Source: an uncultured Clostridia bacterium (GTDB lineage Bacteria; Bacillota; Clostridia; Christensenellales; UBA1242). Taken from it: 64,000 nucleotides of DNA. The stretch spans positions 531 to 64,530 of the forward strand of contig CAMSQA010000007.1 in assembly GCA_947062475.1 (NCBI GenBank), written 5' to 3'. Below the pieces are notes generated by a model that did no database searches, had not been told where the DNA came from, and worked only from the letters and a program-made list of their open reading frames with translations. Positions 8,561 through 18,355 of the stretch are shown piece after piece (position 1 is the first letter of the stretch; every line of letters begins with the position of its first letter). The position numbers and the translations under genes were made by a program.

Positions 8561-11173
8561 TTATTCTTCACTTTCTCCCTCATTTTTATGATTATCAAGA
8601 ATAGCAGTATTTTGCATATTTGTCAAATCATTTGCTATAATGTTTTCATTTTCAGAAACATTTTCTTGTTTATTTTCAGTTTGGCTGTTGCTTTCAGCAT
8701 TTTCGCCATTTTCATCGTCTTCTTCTTTTTTGACAAGAGCTGCTGTTACGATGAGATTGTCTTCTTTAAGACGCATTATTTTCACACCTTGACTTACTCT
8801 TGAGAGCTGACTTATTCCTGTCAAAGGTGTTCTGATAATTACACCATTGTCGGCGATAAGCAAGATATCATTGTCATCAAAGGTTTGTTTTAAAGCAACC
8901 AAATGACCAGTTTTTTCATTGAATACTCCCGCTTTAACACCCATTCCGCCACGACTTTGAACTCTATAGTCATTTACGCTTGAACGTTTGCCATAGCCCT
9001 TTGATGAAATGGTGATAATTTGAGAGTTTTGCTTGATTACTGCAAGGTCTACGATGTAGTCATCGCTTGAAAGCTTCATGCTTCTTACACCTTGACTGTC
9101 ACGTCCCATATTTCTGACATCTTTTTCACTGAAGCGGATTGCTTTTCCATTGTGTGATGCAATCAGGATATCATCCTCACCAGAAGAAACTTCAACCCCG
9201 ATAAGTTCATCATTTTCAAGAAGGTGAATAGCAATCTTTCCAACCTTTCTTATAGAAACAAATTCAGTAAGATTTGTCTTTTTGATAAGACCATTTCTTG
9301 TTGCCATAATGAGATTTCCAACAGCATCATCCTTTCTTGGGATAATTGTTGTTACTTTTTCATCAGGTGAAAGCATCAACAGGTTTATAATAGCTCTTCC
9401 TTTTGCAGTTCTTTGAGCTTCTGGGACCTCATATGCTTTAATACAATACACACGTCCTTTGTTTGTGAAGAACAACAAGTCGTCATGCGTTGAGGTCACA
9501 AACATATTTTCAACATAGTCCTCATCTTTTGTCTTGTGTGCAGTTATGCCAACACCACCACGATTTTGTGCTTTATATTCACTTGTTGACATACGTTTGA
9601 TATAGCCCTGATGAGTCATTGAAATGATGACATCTTCCTTTTCAATAAGGTCTGCAATATCAATGCCACCTGCATCAAGACTGATTTCAGTTTTACGTTT
9701 GTCTCCAAAGTTGTTTTTAATTTCTTCAAAATTGTCTCTCAAAATTTGGAGAACGCGGGCAGGGGTGGCAAGAATATCTTCAAGATCAAGGATAAGCTCT
9801 TCAAGAGCACGAAGTTCGTCTTTCAATTTTTCTACTTCCAAAGAGGTAAGCTTGCTGAGTTTCATCTCAAGAATTGCATTTGCTTGAATTTCATCAAGTT
9901 CAAAGTTTTGAGTGAGTTTTAAGCATGCGTCCGCTTTATCATCAGCAGATTTGATGATTTTAATTACTTCATCAATGTTTGCAAGTGCGATTACAATTCC
10001 CTTGACGATATGTTCTCTCTCCTTTGCCTTTTTAAGATCAAACTGTGTCTTTCTGACGAGGACTTCCTTTTGATGCTCTAAATAATAGGTGAGCATTTCT
10101 TTAAGATTGAGTATTCTTGGTTGACCATCAGCAAGAGCAAGGAAGATAATTCCAGAGCCTTTTTGAAGTTGTGTAAGTTTATAAAGTGAGTTTAAAACGA
10201 CTTGAGCATTATAATCTCTCTTGACATCTATGACAATTCTCATTCCATTTCTGTCTGATTCTTCGTTTATGTTTGAAATTCCTTCAATTCTCTTGTTTTT
10301 GACAAGATCGGCAATTTGAATGATAAGCTGGGCTTTGTTTACCTGATAAGGCAGCTCAGTTATGATAATTCTTGTCTTGCCATTTTCATGTTCTTCAATT
10401 TCAGCTCTTCCACGCACGATAATACCGCCACGTCCTGTTTTGTAGGCATGCTTGACAGCTGTTCTGCCCATGATTATACCGCCTGTTGGAAAATCTGGAG
10501 CAGGTATAATTTTGATGAGCTCATCAATGTCAATTTCTGGATTATCGATAAGAGCTTGAAGTCCACTTAAAACCTCAGTGAGGTTGTGAGGTGGAATGTT
10601 GGTTGCCATACCAACAGCAATACCGTCAGAACCATTTATAAGAAGGTTTGGGATTTTTGATGGCAATACCTTTGGTTCAAGATTTTGATTGTCAAAGTTT
10701 GGCATAAAGTCAACAGTCTCTTTGTCGATATCGTCAAGCATAAGAGCTGCTATCTTTGCAAGGCGTGCTTCTGTATAACGCATTGCCGCAGGAGGGTCAC
10801 CATCAACAGAACCAAAGTTTCCCTGTCCGTCTACAAGAGGGTAGCGGATAGAGAAATCTTGTGCAAGCCTGACAAGAGCATCATAGATAGAGCTGTCACC
10901 ATGAGGGTGATATTTACCCATTACATCACCGACAATTCTTGCACATTTTTTTGTTGGTTTGTCAAAAAAGTTGTTCATTTCGCCCATAGCAAAAAGTATT
11001 CTTCTATGAACAGGTTTAAGTCCGTCACGCACATCAGGTATGGCACGGGATACATTTACTGCCATAGCATAAGAAATGAAAGACTTTTTAAGGTTGTCCA
11101 CTGTGTCGACCTTTTCAATTTTAGTATTTTTAAAAATTTCGTTAAGTGGTTTTTTATTTTCAAATTTGCTCAT
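8561..11173 (-). CDS. gyrA: DNA gyrase subunit A
   Basis: Active-site and QRDR region ([15 protein letters not shown]...[19 protein letters not shown]), C-terminal beta-pinwheel repeats and an acidic Asn/Glu-rich tail. 870 aa. Confidence 0.97.
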   Translation of the reverse strand: MSKFENKKPLNEIFKNTKIEKVDTVDNLKKSFISYAMAVNVSRAIPDVRDGLKPVHRRILFAMGEMNNFFDKPTKKCARIVGDVMGKYHPHGDSSIYDALVRLAQDFSIRYPLVDGQGNFGSVDGDPPAAMRYTEARLAKIAALMLDDIDKETVDFMPNFDNQNLEPKVLPSKIPNLLINGSDGIAVGMATNIPPHNLTEVLSGLQALIDNPEIDIDELIKIIPAPDFPTGGIIMGRTAVKHAYKTGRGGIIVRGRAEIEEHENGKTRIIITELPYQVNKAQLIIQIADLVKNKRIEGISNINEESDRNGMRIVIDVKRDYNAQVVLNSLYKLTQLQKGSGIIFLALADGQPRILNLKEMLTYYLEHQKEVLVRKTQFDLKKAKEREHIVKGIVIALANIDEVIKIIKSADDKADACLKLTQNFELDEIQANAILEMKLSKLTSLEVEKLKDELRALEELILDLEDILATPARVLQILRDNFEEIKNNFGDKRKTEISLDAGGIDIADLIEKEDVIISMTHQGYIKRMSTSEYKAQNRGGVGITAHKTKDEDYVENMFVTSTHDDLLFFTNKGRVYCIKAYEVPEAQRTAKGRAIINLLMLSPDEKVTTIIPRKDDAVGNLIMATRNGLIKKTNLTEFVSIRKVGKIAIHLLENDELIGVEVSSGEDDILIASHNGKAIRFSEKDVRNMGRDSQGVRSMKLSSDDYIVDLAVIKQNSQIITISSKGYGKRSSVNDYRVQSRGGMGVKAGVFNEKTGHLVALKQTFDDNDILLIADNGVIIRTPLTGISQLSRVSQGVKIMRLKEDNLIVTAALVKKEEDDENGENAESNSQTENKQENVSENENIIANDLTNMQNTAILDNHKNEGESEE

Positions 11174-11498
11174 TTTCTAGCTCCTCGTTGGAATTTTTGT
11201 TTTTATTAAGGCTGTCGATTAAATCAAGTTCTTGTTTCATCAATTTTTCCATTTCTTTTTCAATTTCTTTATCGCCAAACATCTTTTTATATGTCAAAAC
11301 AGTTAGGGCGACTTCAGCAATTTTTTCAATTAATAATCGTTTGATTTCTTCTTCATTGGGGTTGTATTCATTGCATTCTATTAATTCATTAAGTTCTTTG
11401 AATATGTCGTTACCTAAAGAGATTGTATGAATTGAGTTCTTTTCCCAAAAATTTGTGTATTTCTCTACAAATTTGGTAAATTTATCCTGAAATTTCAT
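11160..11498 (-). CDS. small all-alpha protein, tentatively MazG-like NTP-pyrophosphohydrolase fold
   Basis: ATG 11498 has AAAGGAG upstream. 112 aa with [14 protein letters not shown] and [13 protein letters not shown] segments that recall MazG-type EExxE/ExxD helices (weak). The stop overlaps the gyrA start by 14 nt. Confidence 0.45.
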   Translation of the reverse strand: MKFQDKFTKFVEKYTNFWEKNSIHTISLGNDIFKELNELIECNEYNPNEEEIKRLLIEKIAEVALTVLTYKKMFGDKEIEKEMEKLMKQELDLIDSLNKNKNSNEELENEQI

Positions 11499-12006
11499 TT
11501 TCACTCCTTTCAAGCCTGCTTTCAATGACGTCTTTTAACAAAAATTTAAGATTTTCCTTGTTTTTTTTGACTTTTTCATCGTTTTCAAAGCCATATTCAG
11601 CTATTTCTATCCCTAAATTCATTTCTAGCCAGCCTGCAACCAAAAATCTGTGGCAAAATTCGGTTGGTTTTTCAAAGCATAATAGCACAGCGTTTTCGCC
11701 CAGTTCATCATAGATTTCTTGAGGGGCAAGTTTTGAAAGCACATTGTCATAAAACTTTTCTATATAAGACCTTTGATTTTCGCTTTTCAGTTTTAAATAT
11801 AAATTTTCTGACATTATTTTATGTTTAAAATCTAGATTGAGAGCTTCTTCAGTTTCCTTCCATTTTTTAAAAAACGTGAAAGGAGAAAGTTTCTTCATAG
11901 CTCTACCATCAAAGCCTACAAGCTTTCCTTCATCTCTAGAAATAGCAACTGGTTGAAATTTAGAAAGGTCAATTTTGTTTAATTTTGCATAATATGAAGT
12001 TTTCAA
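11482..12006 (-). CDS. DUF488-like protein (conserved LLCFE....CHR motif)
   Basis: TSYYAKL N-terminus and AVLLCFEKPTEFCHRFLVAGWL resemble DUF488. The start is either TTG 12006 (GGAG 6 nt upstream) or TTG 12018. It overlaps the downstream gene by 17 nt. Confidence 0.5.
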   Translation of the reverse strand: MKTSYYAKLNKIDLSKFQPVAISRDEGKLVGFDGRAMKKLSPFTFFKKWKETEEALNLDFKHKIMSENLYLKLKSENQRSYIEKFYDNVLSKLAPQEIYDELGENAVLLCFEKPTEFCHRFLVAGWLEMNLGIEIAEYGFENDEKVKKNKENLKFLLKDVIESRLERSENEISG

Positions 12007-12081
12007 TTTTTTCTCCAATTTTATTTTAAATTTATTGTTTTTTTGCGAATTTGTATTATTTATTAAAAATTTTATTTAAAA

Positions 12082-14064
<1,983 letters not shown>

Positions 14065-14172
14065 TTACTTATATATTAAATATATATAATATATTATATA
14101 TATAATACTATATAAAGGCAAGCCTTTTTTTAAATTTATGTTGATTAAATTGTCAAAAGTTTTAAAAAATTG

Positions 14173-14201
14173 TTGCAAAAACAAAAAAGTTATGCTAATA
14201 T
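14173..14201 (+). promoter_or_regulatory. extended -10 promoter of the GtrA-like gene (probable leaderless transcript)
   Basis: TTGCAA (14173-14178), a 17-nt spacer, then TGcTAATAT (-10 at 14196-14201). ATG 14209 lies 8 nt after the -10 and has no SD. Confidence 0.5.
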
Positions 14202-14208
14202 TTATCTC

Positions 14209-14784
14209 ATGAAAAATCAAGAGAAAAAAGTAGATGAAGAAGTAGAGGTTTCTTCACAACAAAACAATAATGAAATAAACGAAAATGCTGATAATATTTC
14301 AGTTGAAGTTTCCGAAAATCGCGTGGAAGAAAAAATAAATCGTAAAAAAGAATTTATCGAATTTTTAAAATTTTTATGTTTTTCTTTGTCTGCTGGGGCA
14401 ATTCAACTTGGCTCTTTTACAATTATGTATGAGCTTATCGGCTGGAAAGAGTGGTGGGCATGTCATCTCATCAGCTTGACATTGTCGGTTGTTTGGAATT
14501 TTACTTTTAATAGAAAATTCACTTTCAAATCAGCAAGCAATGTCCCTCTTGCGATGAGCTTTGCTTTTCTGTTTTATGTAGGTTTTACTCCTGCCTCTAT
14601 CTTTGGCGGAAATGCATTGAAAGCAATAGGTTGGAATGGAACGCTGGTGGAAGTTTTGATGATGGTCATAAACTTTGTTTTAGAGTTTGTTTGGGATAAA
14701 TTTATTGTTTTCAATGATAAACTTATGTCAAAAATCAGTTCAAAACTAAAAATAAAGAAAAAAGAAACAAATAAGGAAAATTAA
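14209..14784 (+). CDS. GtrA-family membrane protein with an acidic N-terminal extension
   Basis: C-terminal 130 aa carry the GtrA pattern (FLKFLCFSLSAGAIQLGSF...SVVWNFTFNRKFTFKS) with 4 TM helices. Confidence 0.75.
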   Translation: MKNQEKKVDEEVEVSSQQNNNEINENADNISVEVSENRVEEKINRKKEFIEFLKFLCFSLSAGAIQLGSFTIMYELIGWKEWWACHLISLTLSVVWNFTFNRKFTFKSASNVPLAMSFAFLFYVGFTPASIFGGNALKAIGWNGTLVEVLMMVINFVLEFVWDKFIVFNDKLMSKISSKLKIKKKETNKEN

Positions 14785-14799
14785 TCATAGCAGAAATTG

Positions 14800-15372
14800 C
14801 TATGATTTTTTTGTGTCTATAAAGGTGAAATTGTCATTTTTGATGTTGACAAAATAATTTTTTTGAATTTTGAGTTCTCCTTTGTGAAATATTTTTGCCT
14901 CTTTTTCTCTTCCGTCAGAAACCACTTTGTATTTGACGTCATAGAAATTATATCCCAAAATATTAAGAAGGGGATTGATATAGAATAGCGAGTTTTTGAT
15001 ATAAACTATTCCTATGAATATCATTATAAAAACAAATATGCAATATCCGCTGACAAGCGACAGATTGAGTTGAAGTGCAAAAAGCACAAAAAGAGAAAAA
15101 TAGCCAAGAAAATGTTTGTCAGTTATGTTTTCTCTAGAAATGATTTCAATTTCAATAGCCTTTCCAGCATTTTTTATATTCCAAATAAGTCCACTTATCC
15201 CGCAAATGATAAGAAATATCAATGTGGAAAAATTAAGAGAGTTTAACACGTTAAATGATAGGTTGTTGTTGAGCATATCAATGACAAGCTTGATAAAAAT
15301 CAAAATAAACATCGGCACAAACGCCGAAAGAAATAAAGTAAGGTCTTTTAAGAGAATTTTAATTTTATTCAT
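14800..15372 (-). CDS. hypothetical multi-pass membrane protein with a small soluble C-terminal domain
   Basis: ATG at 15372 (MNKIKILLKDL). Four hydrophobic helices, then YNFYDVKYKVVSDGREKEAKIFHKGELKI. No family recognised. Confidence 0.5.
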   Translation of the reverse strand: MNKIKILLKDLTLFLSAFVPMFILIFIKLVIDMLNNNLSFNVLNSLNFSTLIFLIICGISGLIWNIKNAGKAIEIEIISRENITDKHFLGYFSLFVLFALQLNLSLVSGYCIFVFIMIFIGIVYIKNSLFYINPLLNILGYNFYDVKYKVVSDGREKEAKIFHKGELKIQKNYFVNIKNDNFTFIDTKKS

Positions 15373-15449
15373 AACTTTATTTTGAATAAAAAGCAAAAAA
15401 ATATTAAATTTTGTTTTGTTTTATTGAAAATTTCGGTTACAATATAGTT

Positions 15450-16115
15450 ATGATACATGTTCCATTTATTATTTTGAGTATTTTGTGTCTTGGTATGGGT
15501 GCTTTAGATACAATATTTCATAAAAAACAGGGATGGCAGGGCATTCTTTTAAAAGGTCTTACTATCTTTTCTATTTTGGTGCTTGCCATAGTCAGTGCCA
15601 ATGCAAGAGAACTTAACAATGCTCTTCCAATGTTTGTAATGATCGCTCTAGGACTTACAATCTTGACTGAAACCTTGCTTGCCTCAAACAATATTGATGA
15701 AAAGGCAAGACTTATCACTTTCAGCCTATTAAATTTTGTCTCTGTGATGTTTTTTTCTGTAAGTTCGATTACTTTATCAGAATTTAATGTTTTAGCCCTT
15801 GTAGGCGGTATTTTGCTGGGTTTAGGACTTGGTCTTGTAGTTTGTGGCTTTAAAAGGAATTGGGCGTTATATCCAATTTTGATGGAAATTTTGGTTTGCC
15901 TGTCACTTGGACTTCTGTTCGGCTTTGCTTTGACTGCCACTGTTGTGTCAAAACATTTTGTAAGCAGCTTGTTGATGCTGTTTGGTGCAATACTTATGCT
16001 TGTCAAACATATACTTGAAAGTTTTTTCAGTAAATACAAAATTATAGGATATTTATCAACTGCAATTTTTGTTATTTCAATGATATTGATGACAATGACA
16101 ATCTATTTCTTTTAA
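15450..16115 (+). CDS. hypothetical polytopic membrane protein (possibly YhhN-like)
   Basis: ATG 15450 (MIHVPFIILSILCLG). 7-8 predicted TM helices. The family assignment is weak. Confidence 0.5.
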   Translation: MIHVPFIILSILCLGMGALDTIFHKKQGWQGILLKGLTIFSILVLAIVSANARELNNALPMFVMIALGLTILTETLLASNNIDEKARLITFSLLNFVSVMFFSVSSITLSEFNVLALVGGILLGLGLGLVVCGFKRNWALYPILMEILVCLSLGLLFGFALTATVVSKHFVSSLLMLFGAILMLVKHILESFFSKYKIIGYLSTAIFVISMILMTMTIYFF

Positions 16116-16143
16116 AAAAAACAATAAATTGCAAAAAAAGTAT

Positions 16144-16172
16144 TGACAATCCCTGTGATAATGCATATAATA
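16144..16172 (+). promoter_or_regulatory. consensus sigma-70 promoter of tRNA-fMet
   Basis: TTGACA (16144-16149), a 17-nt spacer and TATAAT (16167-16172). The tRNA 5' end is at 16185. Confidence 0.8.
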
Positions 16173-16184
16173 GTAATGTGTTAT

Positions 16185-16261
16185 CGCGGGATAGAGCAGC
16201 TCGGAAGCTCGTCGGGCTCATAACCCGAAGGTCGTTGGTTCAAATCCAACTCCCGCAACCA
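16185..16261 (+). tRNA. initiator tRNA-fMet (anticodon CAT)
   Basis: CGCGGGATAGAGCAGCTCGGAAGCTCGTCGGGCTCATAACCCGAAGGTCGTTGGTTCAAATCCAACTCCCGCAACCA. It shows the C1:A72 mismatch, three G-C pairs closing the anticodon stem and an encoded CCA. Confidence 0.95.
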
Positions 16262-16303
16262 AAGTGAAAGTAAGTTGAAGAACTTGCTTTTTTTTATGCA
16301 AAA

Positions 16304-16430
16304 GGGTTATGTGCCCGACGAGCAAGCGAGGAGGAAAGCTCGAAGCCGAGCGAATGAAATTCGCGAACGCCACGAAGCAACGCGTAGTCTAACCCGAAGG
16401 TCGTTGGTTCAAATCCAACTCCCGCAACCA
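16304..16430 (+). repeat. tRNA-fMet-derived chimeric element: inverted anticodon-arm copy + GC-rich core + exact 41-nt 3'-half duplicate
   Basis: 16390-16430 is identical to tRNA positions 16221-16261. 16304-16323 is the reverse complement (19/20) of 16207-16226. 16311-16389 is conspicuously GC-rich and contains the hairpins CGAGC...GCTCG and GCGAAT-GAA-ATTCGC. A terminator hairpin TAGAACTCA-TG-TGAGTTCTA + T-run follows at 16441-16467. Confidence 0.8.
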
Positions 16431-16642
16431 GAATAAAAAATAGAACTCATGTGAGTTCTATTTTTTTATTCAGTTATAAAATTATTGAGTGATAAACGAT
16501 ATAATTTTATCTTCACTTACTTTTTTACTCGTTTACTCAATAAAACATATGTTGATTTAATTTTATCATTTAATAATATCAAACTACGGTAAACCGTAAG
16601 ACTTTTTTTTAAAATTTGCTTAAAATTTTAAAGGAGGTTGAT

Positions 16643-16891
16643 ATGATAAGTGAAGAAAGAAAGTTGATAAGATTGAGAATTGGTGAAAGTTTAAAAAAAG
16701 TAAGGCTAGAAAATAATATCTCTATTAAGAAGTTATCATCGATATTAAATGTTAATCAAAAGACTATAATTAATTGGGAAAAGGGAAAAACTGCTCTAAA
16801 CTCAAAATTTTTGTTAAAATTTTCAACTTTTTATAATATGAAAATTGATGATTTGCTTGGTTTAGATAAAATAAAAAGACCTAAAAAATAG
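16643..16891 (+). CDS. XRE-family helix-turn-helix transcriptional regulator
   Basis: ATG 16643 has AAAGGAGG 6 nt upstream. HTH_3 pattern: LKKVRLENNISIKKLSSILNVNQKTIINWEKGK. 82 aa. Confidence 0.8.
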   Translation: MISEERKLIRLRIGESLKKVRLENNISIKKLSSILNVNQKTIINWEKGKTALNSKFLLKFSTFYNMKIDDLLGLDKIKRPKK

Positions 16892-16900
16892 GTCCTTTTT

Positions 16901-18268
16901 TTAATCTTTTATACTTAAAAATGCTTTATAGCATCTGTATGCGTCATAAATATCAGTCTTTGAAGAAATTTCCCAAGGTGCATGCATATTAAGAAGTGGA
17001 CAGCCGCAATCAATCACATTCATGCCATAATTTGCAGTGATATAGGCAATTGTTCCGCCGCCTCCTTGATCAATTTTACCCATTTCGGTGAGCTGGTAAT
17101 TTATCTCATTTTTGTCTAAGATTTCTCTGATTTTTGCAATATACTCTGGGCTTGCATCATTTGCACCACTTTTGCCGCGTGAGCCAGTATATTTATTGAA
17201 AGAAATCCCTTTGCCAAGAAAGGCATCATTATTTGCGTCAAAGGCACTTGCGTAGTTTGGGTCAAAGCCAGCAGTAACATCACTGGAAAGCATAAAAGAA
17301 TTTCTCAACGCTCTTCTCACAGAAAGAGGTGAGGTCTCGCCCATCAGATTTGCTATTTCTGCAACCATATCTTCAAAGAAGAGACTTTGCATTCCGCTTG
17401 CACCTTGTGAGCCAACTTCTTCTTTATCAACAAACATCCCAGCAAGAGTAAACTGGTTTTCATCGCTATCAAACATAGCTTTTAAAGAGGTGTAAGCACA
17501 AATTCTGTCATCTTGACCGTAACCCAAAATAAAACTGCGATCAAGCCCCATATCGCGAGCCTTGCCTGCTGGGACAACTTCTATTTCGGCAGAGATGAAA
17601 TCATCTTCCTCGATATTTTTTGTTTTTAAGATGTTGAGAATTGCTTTTTTGACTGGTTTTTCAGTTTTTTCATCCACAGGAATGCCGCCAACTATCACAT
17701 TGAGGTTTTCTCCATTGATTTTGTTTTCTGCCGCTCTTGAATTGTCTCTATCAAGATGTGGCAACAGGTCTGTTATACAAAATACAGGATCTTGTGCCTC
17801 TTCGCCAATATTGATATTGATTGTTGAGCCATCTTTTTTGCAAACAATGCCATGAATGGCAAGAGGAAGTGCAGTCCATTGATATTTTTTAATGCCACCA
17901 TAATAATGGGTGTCGAAAAGTGCAATTTTTGAGGGTCCATCTTCATAGAGTGGATTTGGTTTGAGGTCAAGTCTTGGGCTGTCAATATGTGCACCCAAAA
18001 TTCTCATGCCGTCAGAAATAGGACGTGAACCAATTTTGAAAAGAAAAATGCATTTGTCAAGATTGGTTGCATAAACCTTGTCACCAGCTTTGAGAGGGGT
18101 GGCTGAATTGATGATTTCTTTCAAATCTTTATAGCCTTCTTTCTTAGCCATTTCTCTAATTGAAATGACACATTCGCGTTCGGTCTTATTTTGTGAGATA
18201 AAATCCTTATATTCTTCACAAAATTCAAATATTTGGTCGTGATTTTTATTGTTCCAAAGTTTTTTCAT
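16901..18268 (-). CDS. M18-family aminopeptidase
   Basis: GAHIDSPRLDLKPNP, HYYGGIKKYQW and C-terminal GGGGTIA / PLLNMHAP motifs typical of M18 (aspartyl-type) aminopeptidases. 455 aa. Confidence 0.8.
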   Translation of the reverse strand: MKKLWNNKNHDQIFEFCEEYKDFISQNKTERECVISIREMAKKEGYKDLKEIINSATPLKAGDKVYATNLDKCIFLFKIGSRPISDGMRILGAHIDSPRLDLKPNPLYEDGPSKIALFDTHYYGGIKKYQWTALPLAIHGIVCKKDGSTININIGEEAQDPVFCITDLLPHLDRDNSRAAENKINGENLNVIVGGIPVDEKTEKPVKKAILNILKTKNIEEDDFISAEIEVVPAGKARDMGLDRSFILGYGQDDRICAYTSLKAMFDSDENQFTLAGMFVDKEEVGSQGASGMQSLFFEDMVAEIANLMGETSPLSVRRALRNSFMLSSDVTAGFDPNYASAFDANNDAFLGKGISFNKYTGSRGKSGANDASPEYIAKIREILDKNEINYQLTEMGKIDQGGGGTIAYITANYGMNVIDCGCPLLNMHAPWEISSKTDIYDAYRCYKAFLSIKD

Positions 18269-18320
18269 TTATTACTCCTTCTTAATTATATTATATCAAG
18301 ATTGAAACAATAAATAAAAC

Positions 18321-18346
18321 AAAATCGAAGATTTTTCTTCGATTTT
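18321..18346. terminator. terminator hairpin between the MetRS-like gene and the aminopeptidase gene
   Basis: AAAATCGAAGA-TTTT-TCTTCGATTTT is flanked by A/T runs. Confidence 0.6.
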
Positions 18347-18355
18347 GAGTTTTTT

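Noticed and set aside
10685-11209. 174-aa plus-strand ORF antisense to gyrA. Similar long antisense ORFs occur at 12127-12633, 15518-16039, 30058-30513, 31387-31860, 38397-38885 and 56271-56768.
   Set aside because: They lie fully inside well-supported genes on the opposite strand, lack SD sequences, and have low-complexity Phe/Ile/Ser-rich translations typical of shadow ORFs in AT-rich DNA.
16309-16392. 27-codon ORF (MCPTSKRGGKLEAERMKFANATKQRVV) inside the GC-rich core next to tRNA-fMet.
   Set aside because: It has no SD. Its codon usage (CCG, ACG, GCG, CGA) is alien to the rest of the window. The related copy at 53157-53198 does not preserve the frame. An RNA or DNA-level element is more likely.
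16185-16900. Integrated prophage or genomic island at tRNA-fMet (half-tRNA direct repeat plus a neighbouring XRE repressor-like gene), and likewise at tRNA-Ser and the tmRNA-like end.
   Set aside because: No integrase, recombinase, transposase or phage structural gene is present anywhere in the window. At most these are scars or miniature elements, and they are reported as such.
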